A DNA stretch of 64,000 nucleotides. Origin: Bacillota bacterium. Its GTDB lineage: Bacteria; Bacillota; Desulfotomaculia; Desulfotomaculales; Ammonificaceae. The translations under genes and the position numbers were made by a program. Position 1 is the first letter of the stretch, and each line of letters starts with the position of its first letter. The notes below the pieces were generated by a model. That model was not told the origin of the DNA. It made no database searches and worked only from the letters and a program-made list of their open reading frames with translations. This document shows positions 1 through 8,628 of the stretch, one piece after another. The stretch covers positions 5,754-69,753 of the forward strand of contig JBFMBL010000011.1 of the NCBI GenBank assembly GCA_040755195.1. Direction: 5' to 3'.

Positions 1-621
1 ATGGCGGCCCTCACGACTTTCGGGGCCGGGGTTCCGGCGCGGGTTTATTCCCGGCTGCTGGCGCTGCCGCTCGGCTTCCTGGTGGTGGGCGTGCTGGCCC
101 TGGTCCTGGGCAGCGGTCCCGGGGTCACCTGGGGGCTATCTCTGGCCGGAACCCGGGTGGGGGTGACAGCGACGGGGCTGGCGCTGGCGCTGCGGGTGGG
201 GCTGCGCGCGCTGACGGCGGTGAGTTGCCTTTATTTCCTGGCTCTGACCACGCCTCTGCCCGCGGTGCTCGGCGTCCTGCGGCGGGCGGGGGTGCCGGCG
301 CTGGCGCTGGAGATCGCGGCGCTCACCTACCGCTACCTTTTTGTGCTGCAGCGGGTGGCCCGGGGGATTTATATATCCCAGGCGGCACGGGGCGGTTACG
401 GTTCGGCCCGGGGGGCGCTCCGCTCCCTCGGGCTGCTTACGGGCCAGCTTTTTCTGATCACGCACCAGCGGGCGCAGGCGCTTTATACGGCGCTTCTGGC
501 GCGGGGCTACCAGGATACGCTGCTGGTGCCGCCGCGGAACTACCGCTGGTCCGGCAGGGCGGCGCTGCGCTTCGCGGGGCTGGCCGCGCTGCTGGTGTTG
601 CTGCGGGTGTTCGGGGGGTGA
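1..621 (+). CDS. cbiQ: Cobalt ECF transporter transmembrane component CbiQ, probably 5'-truncated by the window edge
   Basis: ORF ending at 621. Polytopic hydrophobic protein with an EcfT/CbiQ-like loop (ISQAARGGYGS). Sits beside cbiO and cobalamin genes. Confidence 0.7.
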   Translation: MAALTTFGAGVPARVYSRLLALPLGFLVVGVLALVLGSGPGVTWGLSLAGTRVGVTATGLALALRVGLRALTAVSCLYFLALTTPLPAVLGVLRRAGVPALALEIAALTYRYLFVLQRVARGIYISQAARGGYGSARGALRSLGLLTGQLFLITHQRAQALYTALLARGYQDTLLVPPRNYRWSGRAALRFAGLAALLVLLRVFGG

Positions 622-644
622 GGCGGTTTTTGGGAGGCGAAGAG

Positions 645-3600
645 ATGGTGCGGGTGCTCTTTTATACAGCGGTGGAAGGGGATCTCGGGCCGCTTTCCCG
701 GGCGGCGCAGGCGGTGCGGGAGGAGTACGGCCCGGTGATAGAGGTTCTGGCCCGGGCGCGGCGGGACGTTACCGGTACGGCGGGAGAAGAGGCACTGCTG
801 GCTGCGGCAACGAAAAGCGACTTCATTTTCCTGCACCTGATGGGCGGCCCGGAGGCGCTGCCGGGCTTTGACGGCCTGGTGCGTCTGGCGCGGGAGAAGG
901 GGATCCGGCTGCACGTTCAGCCCACGGCGGAGGAGGAGGACGCGGGGCTGCGGGCGGTAAGCACGGTAAGCGGCGCGGACTACGACCTGGTGCGCCGGTA
1001 CATCAGTTTCGGCGGGACGGAAAACATAGAGGCACTGCTCCACTGGTGTTTGTGGCGTATGGGTAAGGCGGCGGAAGCGCCGCCGGAACCGGTGCCGCTG
1101 CCCTGGGAAGGGATTTACCACCCGGCACTTAGGAAGCTGAGCGGTGGGTTGCTGGTAGCGCCGGAGGATTTCTGGCGGGCGGTTGACCCGGCAAAGCCGG
1201 TGGTGGCCCTGCTTTTCTACCAGAACTGGTGGGTGGCGGAGAACCTGGACTTTATCGATCTGCTGGTGGCGGCCTTGGAGGAAAGGGGAGCGGCGGCTTT
1301 GCCAGTTTTCCTTTACGCCTCGGCCAACGCGGCCCTCGGAAGCCGGGGGACCGCCTGGGTGGTGGAAAACTTCCTCTACCGGGACGGAAAACCGGCAGTA
1401 GATGCGGTCATCTCCACGCTAATGTTCGCCCAGACGCAGTCCACGCCTACTTACACGCGGGCGGCGGCGGAAAACTTCTACGCGCGGCTCGGGGTGCCGG
1501 TGATCAAGGCGGTGGCGGCGGTGACTGGCCGGGAGAAATGGACGCGGAGCCTGCAGGGGCTCGAACCGCTCGACGTGATTATGAGCATGGCGCTTCCGGA
1601 GTTCGACGGCCAGTTGATTACCGTCCCGGTGTCCTTCCGGGAGGAAGTGGCGCGGGACACCTTCACCGGGGCGACGGTGGTGCGCTACCTGCCGGAGCCG
1701 GAACGGACGGCGAAGGTGGCGGCTTTAGCGGTGAACTGGGCGCGACTGAGGCGGCTGCCGCCCGGAGAGCGGCGGGTGGCGGTTATCCTGCACAACTACC
1801 CGCCGCGCACCGACCGGATCGGCTGCGCCTTCGGGCTGGACACGCCGGCGAGTCTGCACCGGCTCCTTCTGCGGCTGCGCGACGCCGGTTTCCGGGTGGA
1901 AGGGCTACCGGCGGACGGGGAAGCCCTTTTCCGGCTGCTCCTCGACGGGATGACCAATGACGGATGCTGGCTGCCGCCGGAAGAGATGGCACGGCGGGCG
2001 GCGGGGAAGGTTCCGGCGGAAAGGTACGGGGCGTGGTTTGGCAAGCTGCCGGCGACGGTACGGGAGCGGCTGCAGAAAGACTGGGGTCCGCCGCCGGGGG
2101 AGGTTTTGAGCTATAACGGCGAACTGCTGGTTCCCGGCAGGCGTTTCGGCAATGTTTTCGTAGGGATTCAGCCGCCGCGGGGGTTTGATGCCCAGGTCGA
2201 GGCGGCTTACCACAGTCCGGACCTTTCGCCGCCTCACCAGTATCTTGCTTTTTACCGGTGGCTAAAGGAGGAGATTGGTGCCCACGTGGTGCTGCACCTC
2301 GGGAAGCACGGGACACTCGAGTGGTTGCCCGGAAAGGGAGCGGGACTTGCCGCGGCCTGCTTTCCGGACGCGGTGCTCGGGAATTTCCCGAACGTTTACC
2401 CCTATATCGTGAATAATCCAGGGGAGGGAACGCAGGCGAAGCGGCGCTCCTGGGCCTGCATCGTGGACCACCTGGTGCCGGTAATGACCGCCGCCGGGAG
2501 GTATGGGGAACTCGAGACCATCGAGACGCTCTGCCGGGAATACCAGGAGGTGCGGCAACTCGATCCGGGGAAGGCACCGGTCCTGGAGGAGAAGATCTGG
2601 GAGCAGGCGGCCCGGGCTTCCCTCGACCGGGATTTAGAGGTAACGCGGGCGGAGGCTTTTAGCGATTTCTCGGCTTTTTTAGAGCGGCTGCACGGGTACC
2701 TTCACGAGGTGGGAGATACCCTCATTAGGGACGGACTGCACATCCTGGGGTCGCCGCCGGAGGGGGAACGGCTCACGGAAATGCTCCTCTCACTCTGCCG
2801 CCTGCCGCACGGGGAGGTGTTGGCTTTGCGGGAGGCGGTGGCGGCTGCTTTAGGGGTTGAGTTTGCGGCCCTGGCGGCGGCGCCGGGGCGGTGGCTCCCG
2901 GAGCATAAGGTTACGGCGGCGGCCCTGCTGGAGATGGTGGAAGAAAAGAGCCGGGTGCTTTTGGCACGTTTTGCAACCGCCGGTTTTGCGGTCGAGGCGG
3001 CACCGGCGGTGGTGGCGGAGGTTCTCGGCAGGACGGCGCCGATCGTTCAGCGGGTGCTGGAATTTGTGGCGGCGGAAGCCCGGCCCCGGCTCCTGGCCAC
3101 GACGGAGGAGCTTGCGGCTTGCAAAGACGCGCTTTCCGGGCGGTACGTCCTGCCCGGTCCTTCCGGGGCGCCGACCCGGGGGCGGCTCGACGTTTTACCG
3201 ACGGGACGGAACTTTTACTCCATCGACCCGCAGGCGCTGCCCACCCGCGCGGCCTGGGAGGTGGGAAAGAGCCTGGGGGACGTGCTTTTAGCCCGGCATC
3301 TCACGGAAAGGGGCGAGTACCCGGAAAGCGTAGGGATGATAATCTGGGCGACGGTTGAGATGCGTACCGGCGGAGAAAACGTGGCCGAGGCACTCTACCT
3401 CTTAGGGGTGCAACCGGTCTGGGAAGAGGCAACCGGCCGGGTGCGGGGATTAGACGTGATTCCCCGGAAGGAACTCGGGCGGCCGCGGGTGGACGTGACG
3501 CTCAGGGTTTCCGGGCTCTTCCGCGATACCTTTCTTAACGTTATCCACCTTTTGGATGACGCGGTGCGGCTGGTGGCGGAACGGGAGGAGCCGGAGAACT

Positions 3601-4493
3601 TCGTCCGGCGGCACTTCCTCGCCGCGGCGGCGGTGGGGCGGGAGGCCGGCAAGGACGAGGCGACGGCCCGGGAGGAGGCACTTTTCCGGGTTTTCTCCGA
3701 CCCGCCGGGGGCCTACGGCGCGGGGGTCAGCCATCTGGTTGACAACAAGAACTGGAAGGATGCGAGTGATCTGGCGGCGGTTTACCTCACTTGGGGTGGT
3801 TACGCCTACGGGCGGAAGGTATATGCCCGGGAAGCAAAGGAGGTCTTCGCTAAGCGCCTGGCCGGGTTAAACTGTACGGTGAAGAACGAGGACAGCCGTG
3901 AGGTGGATATCTTTGACGACGATTGCTTTTACGCCTACCACGGAGGGATGATCGCCGCGGCGCGGGTCTTCGGCGCCGATCCGCTGAGCTTCAGCGGGGA
4001 CTCGTCCGATCCGCGGCGGGTGAGGGTTCGGACGGTGGCCGAGGAGGCGCGCCACCTCTTCCGGGCACGGGTGCTCAACCCGAAGTACATCGCGGGGATG
4101 AAACGCCACGGCTTCAAGGGTGCCGGGGACCTCTCCCGGATGGTGGACTACATCTTCGGCTGGGACGCCACGGCAAAGGTAATCGAAGGCTGGATGTACC
4201 GGGGGCTGGCGGAAAAGTATCTCTTCGATCCGGAGATGCGGGAGTGGTTTGCGAAGGTGAACCCCTGGGCGCTCGGGAACATCGCGGCGCGGCTCTTAGA
4301 GGCGGCGGCGCGGGGATTGTGGGCCCCCGCCCCCGAGGTGCTGGAAGGGATCAAGGAGGTCTACTTAGAGACGGAGGGCTGGATCGAGGAGCGGCTGGGC
4401 GACGTTCAAGGCGGCGCTGGCGGCCTCACCGCTGAAGGGATCGCCGGCCGGGGCGCCGGGATGCGGGAAAGTAAGGATGAACGGGAGAGTTGA
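645..4493 (+). CDS. cobN: CobN / Mg-chelatase H-family large chelatase subunit (cobaltochelatase-like)
   Basis: In-frame ATG at 645 (MVRVLFYTAVEG) inside ORF 225..4493. About 1280 aa with CobN-type blocks (VLHLGKHGTLEWLPGK, NPKYIAGMKRHGFKGAGD). Confidence 0.85.
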   Translation: MVRVLFYTAVEGDLGPLSRAAQAVREEYGPVIEVLARARRDVTGTAGEEALLAAATKSDFIFLHLMGGPEALPGFDGLVRLAREKGIRLHVQPTAEEEDAGLRAVSTVSGADYDLVRRYISFGGTENIEALLHWCLWRMGKAAEAPPEPVPLPWEGIYHPALRKLSGGLLVAPEDFWRAVDPAKPVVALLFYQNWWVAENLDFIDLLVAALEERGAAALPVFLYASANAALGSRGTAWVVENFLYRDGKPAVDAVISTLMFAQTQSTPTYTRAAAENFYARLGVPVIKAVAAVTGREKWTRSLQGLEPLDVIMSMALPEFDGQLITVPVSFREEVARDTFTGATVVRYLPEPERTAKVAALAVNWARLRRLPPGERRVAVILHNYPPRTDRIGCAFGLDTPASLHRLLLRLRDAGFRVEGLPADGEALFRLLLDGMTNDGCWLPPEEMARRAAGKVPAERYGAWFGKLPATVRERLQKDWGPPPGEVLSYNGELLVPGRRFGNVFVGIQPPRGFDAQVEAAYHSPDLSPPHQYLAFYRWLKEEIGAHVVLHLGKHGTLEWLPGKGAGLAAACFPDAVLGNFPNVYPYIVNNPGEGTQAKRRSWACIVDHLVPVMTAAGRYGELETIETLCREYQEVRQLDPGKAPVLEEKIWEQAARASLDRDLEVTRAEAFSDFSAFLERLHGYLHEVGDTLIRDGLHILGSPPEGERLTEMLLSLCRLPHGEVLALREAVAAALGVEFAALAAAPGRWLPEHKVTAAALLEMVEEKSRVLLARFATAGFAVEAAPAVVAEVLGRTAPIVQRVLEFVAAEARPRLLATTEELAACKDALSGRYVLPGPSGAPTRGRLDVLPTGRNFYSIDPQALPTRAAWEVGKSLGDVLLARHLTERGEYPESVGMIIWATVEMRTGGENVAEALYLLGVQPVWEEATGRVRGLDVIPRKELGRPRVDVTLRVSGLFRDTFLNVIHLLDDAVRLVAEREEPENFVRRHFLAAAAVGREAGKDEATAREEALFRVFSDPPGAYGAGVSHLVDNKNWKDASDLAAVYLTWGGYAYGRKVYAREAKEVFAKRLAGLNCTVKNEDSREVDIFDDDCFYAYHGGMIAAARVFGADPLSFSGDSSDPRRVRVRTVAEEARHLFRARVLNPKYIAGMKRHGFKGAGDLSRMVDYIFGWDATAKVIEGWMYRGLAEKYLFDPEMREWFAKVNPWALGNIAARLLEAAARGLWAPAPEVLEGIKEVYLETEGWIEERLGDVQGGAGGLTAEGIAGRGAGMRESKDERES

Positions 4494-4515
4494 GTATTTT
4501 GCGGGAGGGTTCTTG

Positions 4516-5964
4516 ATGCAAAAGGTGAAGAAAGTGGCATGTTTTTGGCTGGTATTCGTTCTTACTTTGGCCTTTTCGGGGGTTCCGGGAAGCGTTCTTC
4601 CACCGGCGCAGGCGGCGGGGATCACGGTGCTGGTTGACGGCAAGAAACTTTCCTGCGATACGCCGCCGGTGATTGAAGGGGGCCGCACGCTGGTACCGCT
4701 GCGGGCGATCTTTGAGGCGCTCGGGGCCGAGGTGGACTGGGACGGGGAAACCCGGACCGTGACCGGGAGAAAGGGAAGTACCGCCATTAAGCTGGTCATC
4801 GGCCCAAAAACGGCCTACGTAAACGGCGAGCCCGTTACCCTCGATGTGCCGGGGAAGATCATGAGCGGCCGGACGCTGGTGCCGCTGCGCTTCATCGGTG
4901 AGTCGCTGGGGGCTAAGGTGGGCTGGGACGGCGCGAAGCACACGGTGATGGTTTCCGCTGCGGCCGCACTTGCTGATAGTGCTTCCAGGCGGATCACCGT
5001 AACCGAGTATTTTGTTACCGCCACCGGCGAAATCGAGAAGCACGCGGTGCGGGTGCCCTGTCCGCCGAAGCGGGTGGCGGCGCTGGGCGGTTACGTCAAC
5101 GAAATGTTGAAGGCCCTCGGCGTTGAGAAGACGGTGGTGGCGGTTGACGACTGGACCAAAGATAAGGAACAGTGGCCGGATTTTGTGAACAAACTCCCTT
5201 CGGTGGGGAAGTCGTCCACGCCGAGCGTGGAGAAGATCCTGGCGCTCAAACCCGATCTGGTGATCGAAGGCTTCCTTAAACCCGAGATTCGCAGCCAGTT
5301 GCAGCGCGCGGGCATTCCGTCTCTGAAGATTTACGGTTATAAGACCGAGCTTATTCCCCGGGAGATTCGGACGCTGGGGCTTGTTTTCAACTGCCAGAAG
5401 CGGGCGGGCGAGTACGCCGGTTTTGTGGAAAAGCACTGGCGTACGGTTCAGGAGCGAACCGGAAAACTGACTACCCGCCAGAAGCCGAAGGTTTACTGGG
5501 AGTCCGGTATTTCTCCCTGGATACTACCCGGTCCCGGCTCGGGAGCCGACCCGCTGATCAAGTGGGCCGGCGGGATCAACCTCGGCGCCGAGCAGAGGAT
5601 CTCCTACCCGAGGGTAAGCGCGGAATGGGTCACGGCGAAGAATCCGGACGTGATTATCAAATACGTCAGCGCTCCGGAGGCCGGGTGGGAAGGAGATGTG
5701 GCGAAGCTGGAAAAGATCAGGCAGGAGATCATGCGCCACCCGGCGCTGCGGGGCACCAATGCAGTGAAGAAAGGCCGGGTCTACCTGATTAGCGCCAAGA
5801 TCGCTTGCGCGCCGCGGGGGGCGGCCGGAGAATACTACGTCGCCAAGTGGCTGCACCCGGAACTCTTTAAAGATATAGACCCGGAGGCGGTGCATAAGGA
5901 GATGCTCAAGAAGTTCTACGGGGAGGAACTAAAGGGCGTATGGGTTTACCCGGCGCCGAAGTAG
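4516..5964 (+). CDS. Secreted substrate-binding protein: two copper-amine-oxidase-N-like stalk repeats plus a FecB/BtuF-type periplasmic binding domain
   Basis: ATG 4516 with signal peptide (MQKVKKVACFWLVFVLTLAF...AQA). Tandem repeats GRTLVPLRAIFEALGAEVDWDG and GRTLVPLRFIGESLGAKVGWDG. The C-terminal ~330 aa resemble a class III binding protein. Confidence 0.75.
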   Translation: MQKVKKVACFWLVFVLTLAFSGVPGSVLPPAQAAGITVLVDGKKLSCDTPPVIEGGRTLVPLRAIFEALGAEVDWDGETRTVTGRKGSTAIKLVIGPKTAYVNGEPVTLDVPGKIMSGRTLVPLRFIGESLGAKVGWDGAKHTVMVSAAAALADSASRRITVTEYFVTATGEIEKHAVRVPCPPKRVAALGGYVNEMLKALGVEKTVVAVDDWTKDKEQWPDFVNKLPSVGKSSTPSVEKILALKPDLVIEGFLKPEIRSQLQRAGIPSLKIYGYKTELIPREIRTLGLVFNCQKRAGEYAGFVEKHWRTVQERTGKLTTRQKPKVYWESGISPWILPGPGSGADPLIKWAGGINLGAEQRISYPRVSAEWVTAKNPDVIIKYVSAPEAGWEGDVAKLEKIRQEIMRHPALRGTNAVKKGRVYLISAKIACAPRGAAGEYYVAKWLHPELFKDIDPEAVHKEMLKKFYGEELKGVWVYPAPK

Positions 5965-5981
5965 GGGGCGTGGCCTCCGGT

Positions 5982-6827
5982 ATGGTTTTAGAAACGGTAG
6001 ACCTCCACTACGCTTACCCCGACGGCACCCTGGCCCTGGAGGATTTAAACGTCGCTATTCCTGCGGGGGGCCGGGTTGCGCTGCTCGGCCCGAACGGGGC
6101 GGGAAAAACCACGCTTTTTCTGCTTCTGATCGGGATCCTGCGGCCTGCGGCCGGCAGGGTCCGCTTCGACGGGGAGGATTTGGGCGGCGGCCGGCGGAGC
6201 CTGGCCGGGCTGCGGCAGCGGGTGGGGCTGGTCTTCCAGGACCCGGAAGCACAAATTTTCGCACCGACGGTTTGGGAAGAAGTGGCTTTCGGCCCGGCTA
6301 ACCAGGGGCTGAGACGGGCGGCGGTGACGGAGCGGGTGGAGGCGGCGCTTGCGGCCGCAGACCTCCTGGAGTTGCGGGATAAGGCCACCCACTTTCTGAG
6401 CTACGGGCAGAAGAAGCGGCTCTGCCTGGCGGGGGTACTGGCGATGGCGCCGGAGGTGCTGCTCCTCGACGAGCCCACGGCGGGGCTCGACCCGGAGCAG
6501 ACGCGCCGGGTGGTGGGCATCCTTGACCAGTTGAGCCGGGCGGGCCGGACGCTGGTGTTAGCGACGCACGACGTGGACCTGGCCTACGCCTGGGCGGATA
6601 CGGTCTATATTTTCGGCCGGGGCCGGGTGCTGGAGGGCGGCGCGCCGGAAACGGTTTTTGCGGATGCGGCGCTGATGGAAAAGGCGAGCCTCAGGCGGCC
6701 GCTGCTGCTGGAAATTTTTCTGGCGCTGCGGGAGCGGGGTTTGCTGCCGCCGGGGGCGGCTGTGCCGCGGGTAAAAGAGGAACTCTGGAGTCTGTTGCCG
6801 GGAAAGGAGGTGATTGGTTATGGATAA
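5982..6827 (+). CDS. cbiO: Cobalt ECF/ABC transporter ATPase CbiO
   Basis: ATG 5982 (MVLETVDLHYAYPDG). Walker A GPNGAGKTT, signature LSYGQKKR, Walker B LLLDEP. Confidence 0.8.
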   Translation: MVLETVDLHYAYPDGTLALEDLNVAIPAGGRVALLGPNGAGKTTLFLLLIGILRPAAGRVRFDGEDLGGGRRSLAGLRQRVGLVFQDPEAQIFAPTVWEEVAFGPANQGLRRAAVTERVEAALAAADLLELRDKATHFLSYGQKKRLCLAGVLAMAPEVLLLDEPTAGLDPEQTRRVVGILDQLSRAGRTLVLATHDVDLAYAWADTVYIFGRGRVLEGGAPETVFADAALMEKASLRRPLLLEIFLALRERGLLPPGAAVPRVKEELWSLLPGKEVIGYG

Positions 6828-6987
6828 GGAAAAAGCTAAAAGTGGGGATCGAAAAAACACTGACAGTAAGAGTTCAAAGGCAAAATCCGAGCCCGTCTCT
6901 TACCGTCTGAAGTGCGCCAAGACAGCCAACGGACTGTCCCACTTTATAATGTACGGTGATGTACCCAAGGAAAAATCGCCGCTATAA
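6820..6987 (+). CDS. Candidate 55-aa Lys-rich precursor peptide for the adjacent radical SAM/SPASM enzyme
   Basis: Below the 60-aa cutoff, so absent from the supplied track. ATG 6820 overlaps the cbiO stop (ATGGATAA), with AGGAGG 9 nt upstream. Product is MDKEKAKSGDRKNTDSKSSKAKSEPVSYRLKCAKTANGLSHFIMYGDVPKEKSPL. It lies directly 5' of the SPASM gene. Confidence 0.45.
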   Translation: MDKEKAKSGDRKNTDSKSSKAKSEPVSYRLKCAKTANGLSHFIMYGDVPKEKSPL

Positions 6988-7013
6988 GCTTTGCGGGATG
7001 CAGAATAAAGAAT

Positions 7014-7109
7014 CAGGGCGCGGGGCGCAAGGTGTTGTGACGCCTGGCGCCCTGGTTCAAGGTCCAGAAATAATGGGAGTTCTTCGTGGCGCTTCGGGCC
7101 GCCGCCACG
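7014..7109 (+). promoter_or_regulatory. Two GC-rich hairpins between the small ORF and the radical SAM gene (possible attenuator or mRNA-stabilising structure)
   Basis: CAGGGCGC(7014-7021)/GCGCCCTG(7047-7054) with inner GGCG/CGCC. CGTGGCG(7085-7091)/CGCCACG(7103-7109) is followed by a short T-rich run. Confidence 0.35.
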
Positions 7110-7134
7110 GAGGAAAAATAGTTTTCGGGAGAGT

Positions 7135-8502
7135 ATGCGAATGCTAAACGATGTTCGGGATAAAAAAGGCTTGCTGTTGCGTGACATTGGCGAGAATCGG
7201 TTATTGGCGATTGATCCCGATAATGTTTTCTGGGGGATTATACCCAAGAAGCAAAATGCTGGTTCTTTGCCGCCCCAAGAAATAACATCGCTGTATGAGA
7301 CGGTAAAAAGTAAGTTAGACGTGCAAATGGACGAGTTCAGATTTGGTTCTGATTTAACCGCTATATATATAAACCCCACGGACAGGTGTAATGCCAATTG
7401 TTCTTATTGTTATATCCCGGCGGAAATCAGAAAAAATGGCAACCAGATGAATGAGGAACAACTTGAATATGTATTGAGGAAAATTGCTACCTATTTCAAG
7501 AGGAAAAAGACAGATACAAAACCGGTAATTGTATTCCATGCCAGTGAACCACTGTTAGCTAAAGATATTATCTTCAAGGCAATAAATGATCTTGACCATC
7601 GGTTTCATTTTGGGATCCAGACGAATGCGCTTTTGCTTGAAAAGCCGGATGTGGAATTTCTCAAGAAGCATAGAGTAGGCGTTGGCATCTCCCTGGACGC
7701 AATTGATCCTCAGGTAAACAACAGGCAGAGACCGGGCAGGGAGAGTAACGGAAACTTTGATAAAGCAGTACAGGCAATTGACTGGTTTGCCGGTTATGGG
7801 GGATTAAATGTAATTACCACCGTTACTAAGCTTAATGTCAGCTGTCTTCCAGAAATAGTAGAATTCCTGCATTCCAAAAAGGTTGGCTGCATCCTTCTTA
7901 ATCCGGTCAGATTAACCACAAAAACCGCGCGTAATTTACAGCCGCCCCAGGAGCTTTTGACCGGGTACTTTATAAAGGCGGTAGAGAAGGCAATGGAGTT
8001 ATCAGAATCCTCCAACCACAGAATTATCATCGGTAACTTTGCCAACATCATCTTGGGTATAGTCGCCCCGACCGCTCGCCGGCTGATGTGCGATATCTCT
8101 CCTTGCGGGGGAGGACGTTGCTTCTTAACAATTACCGCTTCCGGCAATATGATCCCCTGTGGCGAATTTATCGGGTTGGATGGGTTTTCGGGCGGGAATA
8201 TCTTTGATACCACAATTTCAAGGGCTATGCGGTCCAAGCCGTTCAAGGAGATCAGATCGCGGATAGTAGAGAAGATTGGCGAATGCCAAGCCTGTGATTT
8301 TAGAAATATATGCGGCGCGCCTTGCCCGGCGGAACTTTATTCACTCGGCAATATGTATCAGCCTTCAGTCTATTGTGAGTTCTATAAAGAAATAATCAGC
8401 TACGCTTTCAAAGTGGTAGCCGAAGATAAGGTTAAATACCTTCTTCGGGAGGAATCTTTAAGGAATCTTGAGTACGAGTACAATCTAAGTATCTCTGGGT
8501 AG
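7135..8502 (+). CDS. Radical SAM enzyme with C-terminal SPASM domain (peptide-modifying type)
   Basis: CNANCSYC (CX3CX2C) near the N-terminus. C-terminal CGGGRC...PC and CQACDFRNICGAPC (CX2CX5CX3C). Start is 7135 or 7141. Markedly AT-richer than its flanks. Confidence 0.85.
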   Translation: MRMLNDVRDKKGLLLRDIGENRLLAIDPDNVFWGIIPKKQNAGSLPPQEITSLYETVKSKLDVQMDEFRFGSDLTAIYINPTDRCNANCSYCYIPAEIRKNGNQMNEEQLEYVLRKIATYFKRKKTDTKPVIVFHASEPLLAKDIIFKAINDLDHRFHFGIQTNALLLEKPDVEFLKKHRVGVGISLDAIDPQVNNRQRPGRESNGNFDKAVQAIDWFAGYGGLNVITTVTKLNVSCLPEIVEFLHSKKVGCILLNPVRLTTKTARNLQPPQELLTGYFIKAVEKAMELSESSNHRIIIGNFANIILGIVAPTARRLMCDISPCGGGRCFLTITASGNMIPCGEFIGLDGFSGGNIFDTTISRAMRSKPFKEIRSRIVEKIGECQACDFRNICGAPCPAELYSLGNMYQPSVYCEFYKEIISYAFKVVAEDKVKYLLREESLRNLEYEYNLSISG

Positions 8503-8628
8503 TTATTCACGGTAATGTCGCCTGACAGCAGAGGAAAGGTTTGTGCTTCATAGTACTCACCCCTGTCTGTTTTGGCACGGCAGACGGCTTTTGGGTTTTG
8601 CAAAAATCTGTTTCGGGAGGATGTCTCA

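Noticed and set aside
6956-7147. 63-aa ORF (MMYPRKNRRYKLCG...) as the alternative precursor peptide for the radical SAM enzyme
   Set aside because: It has no convincing SD. Much of it is the GC-rich hairpin region, and it overlaps the rSAM start. The SD-coupled 55-aa ORF at 6820 is the better candidate, but neither has been verified.
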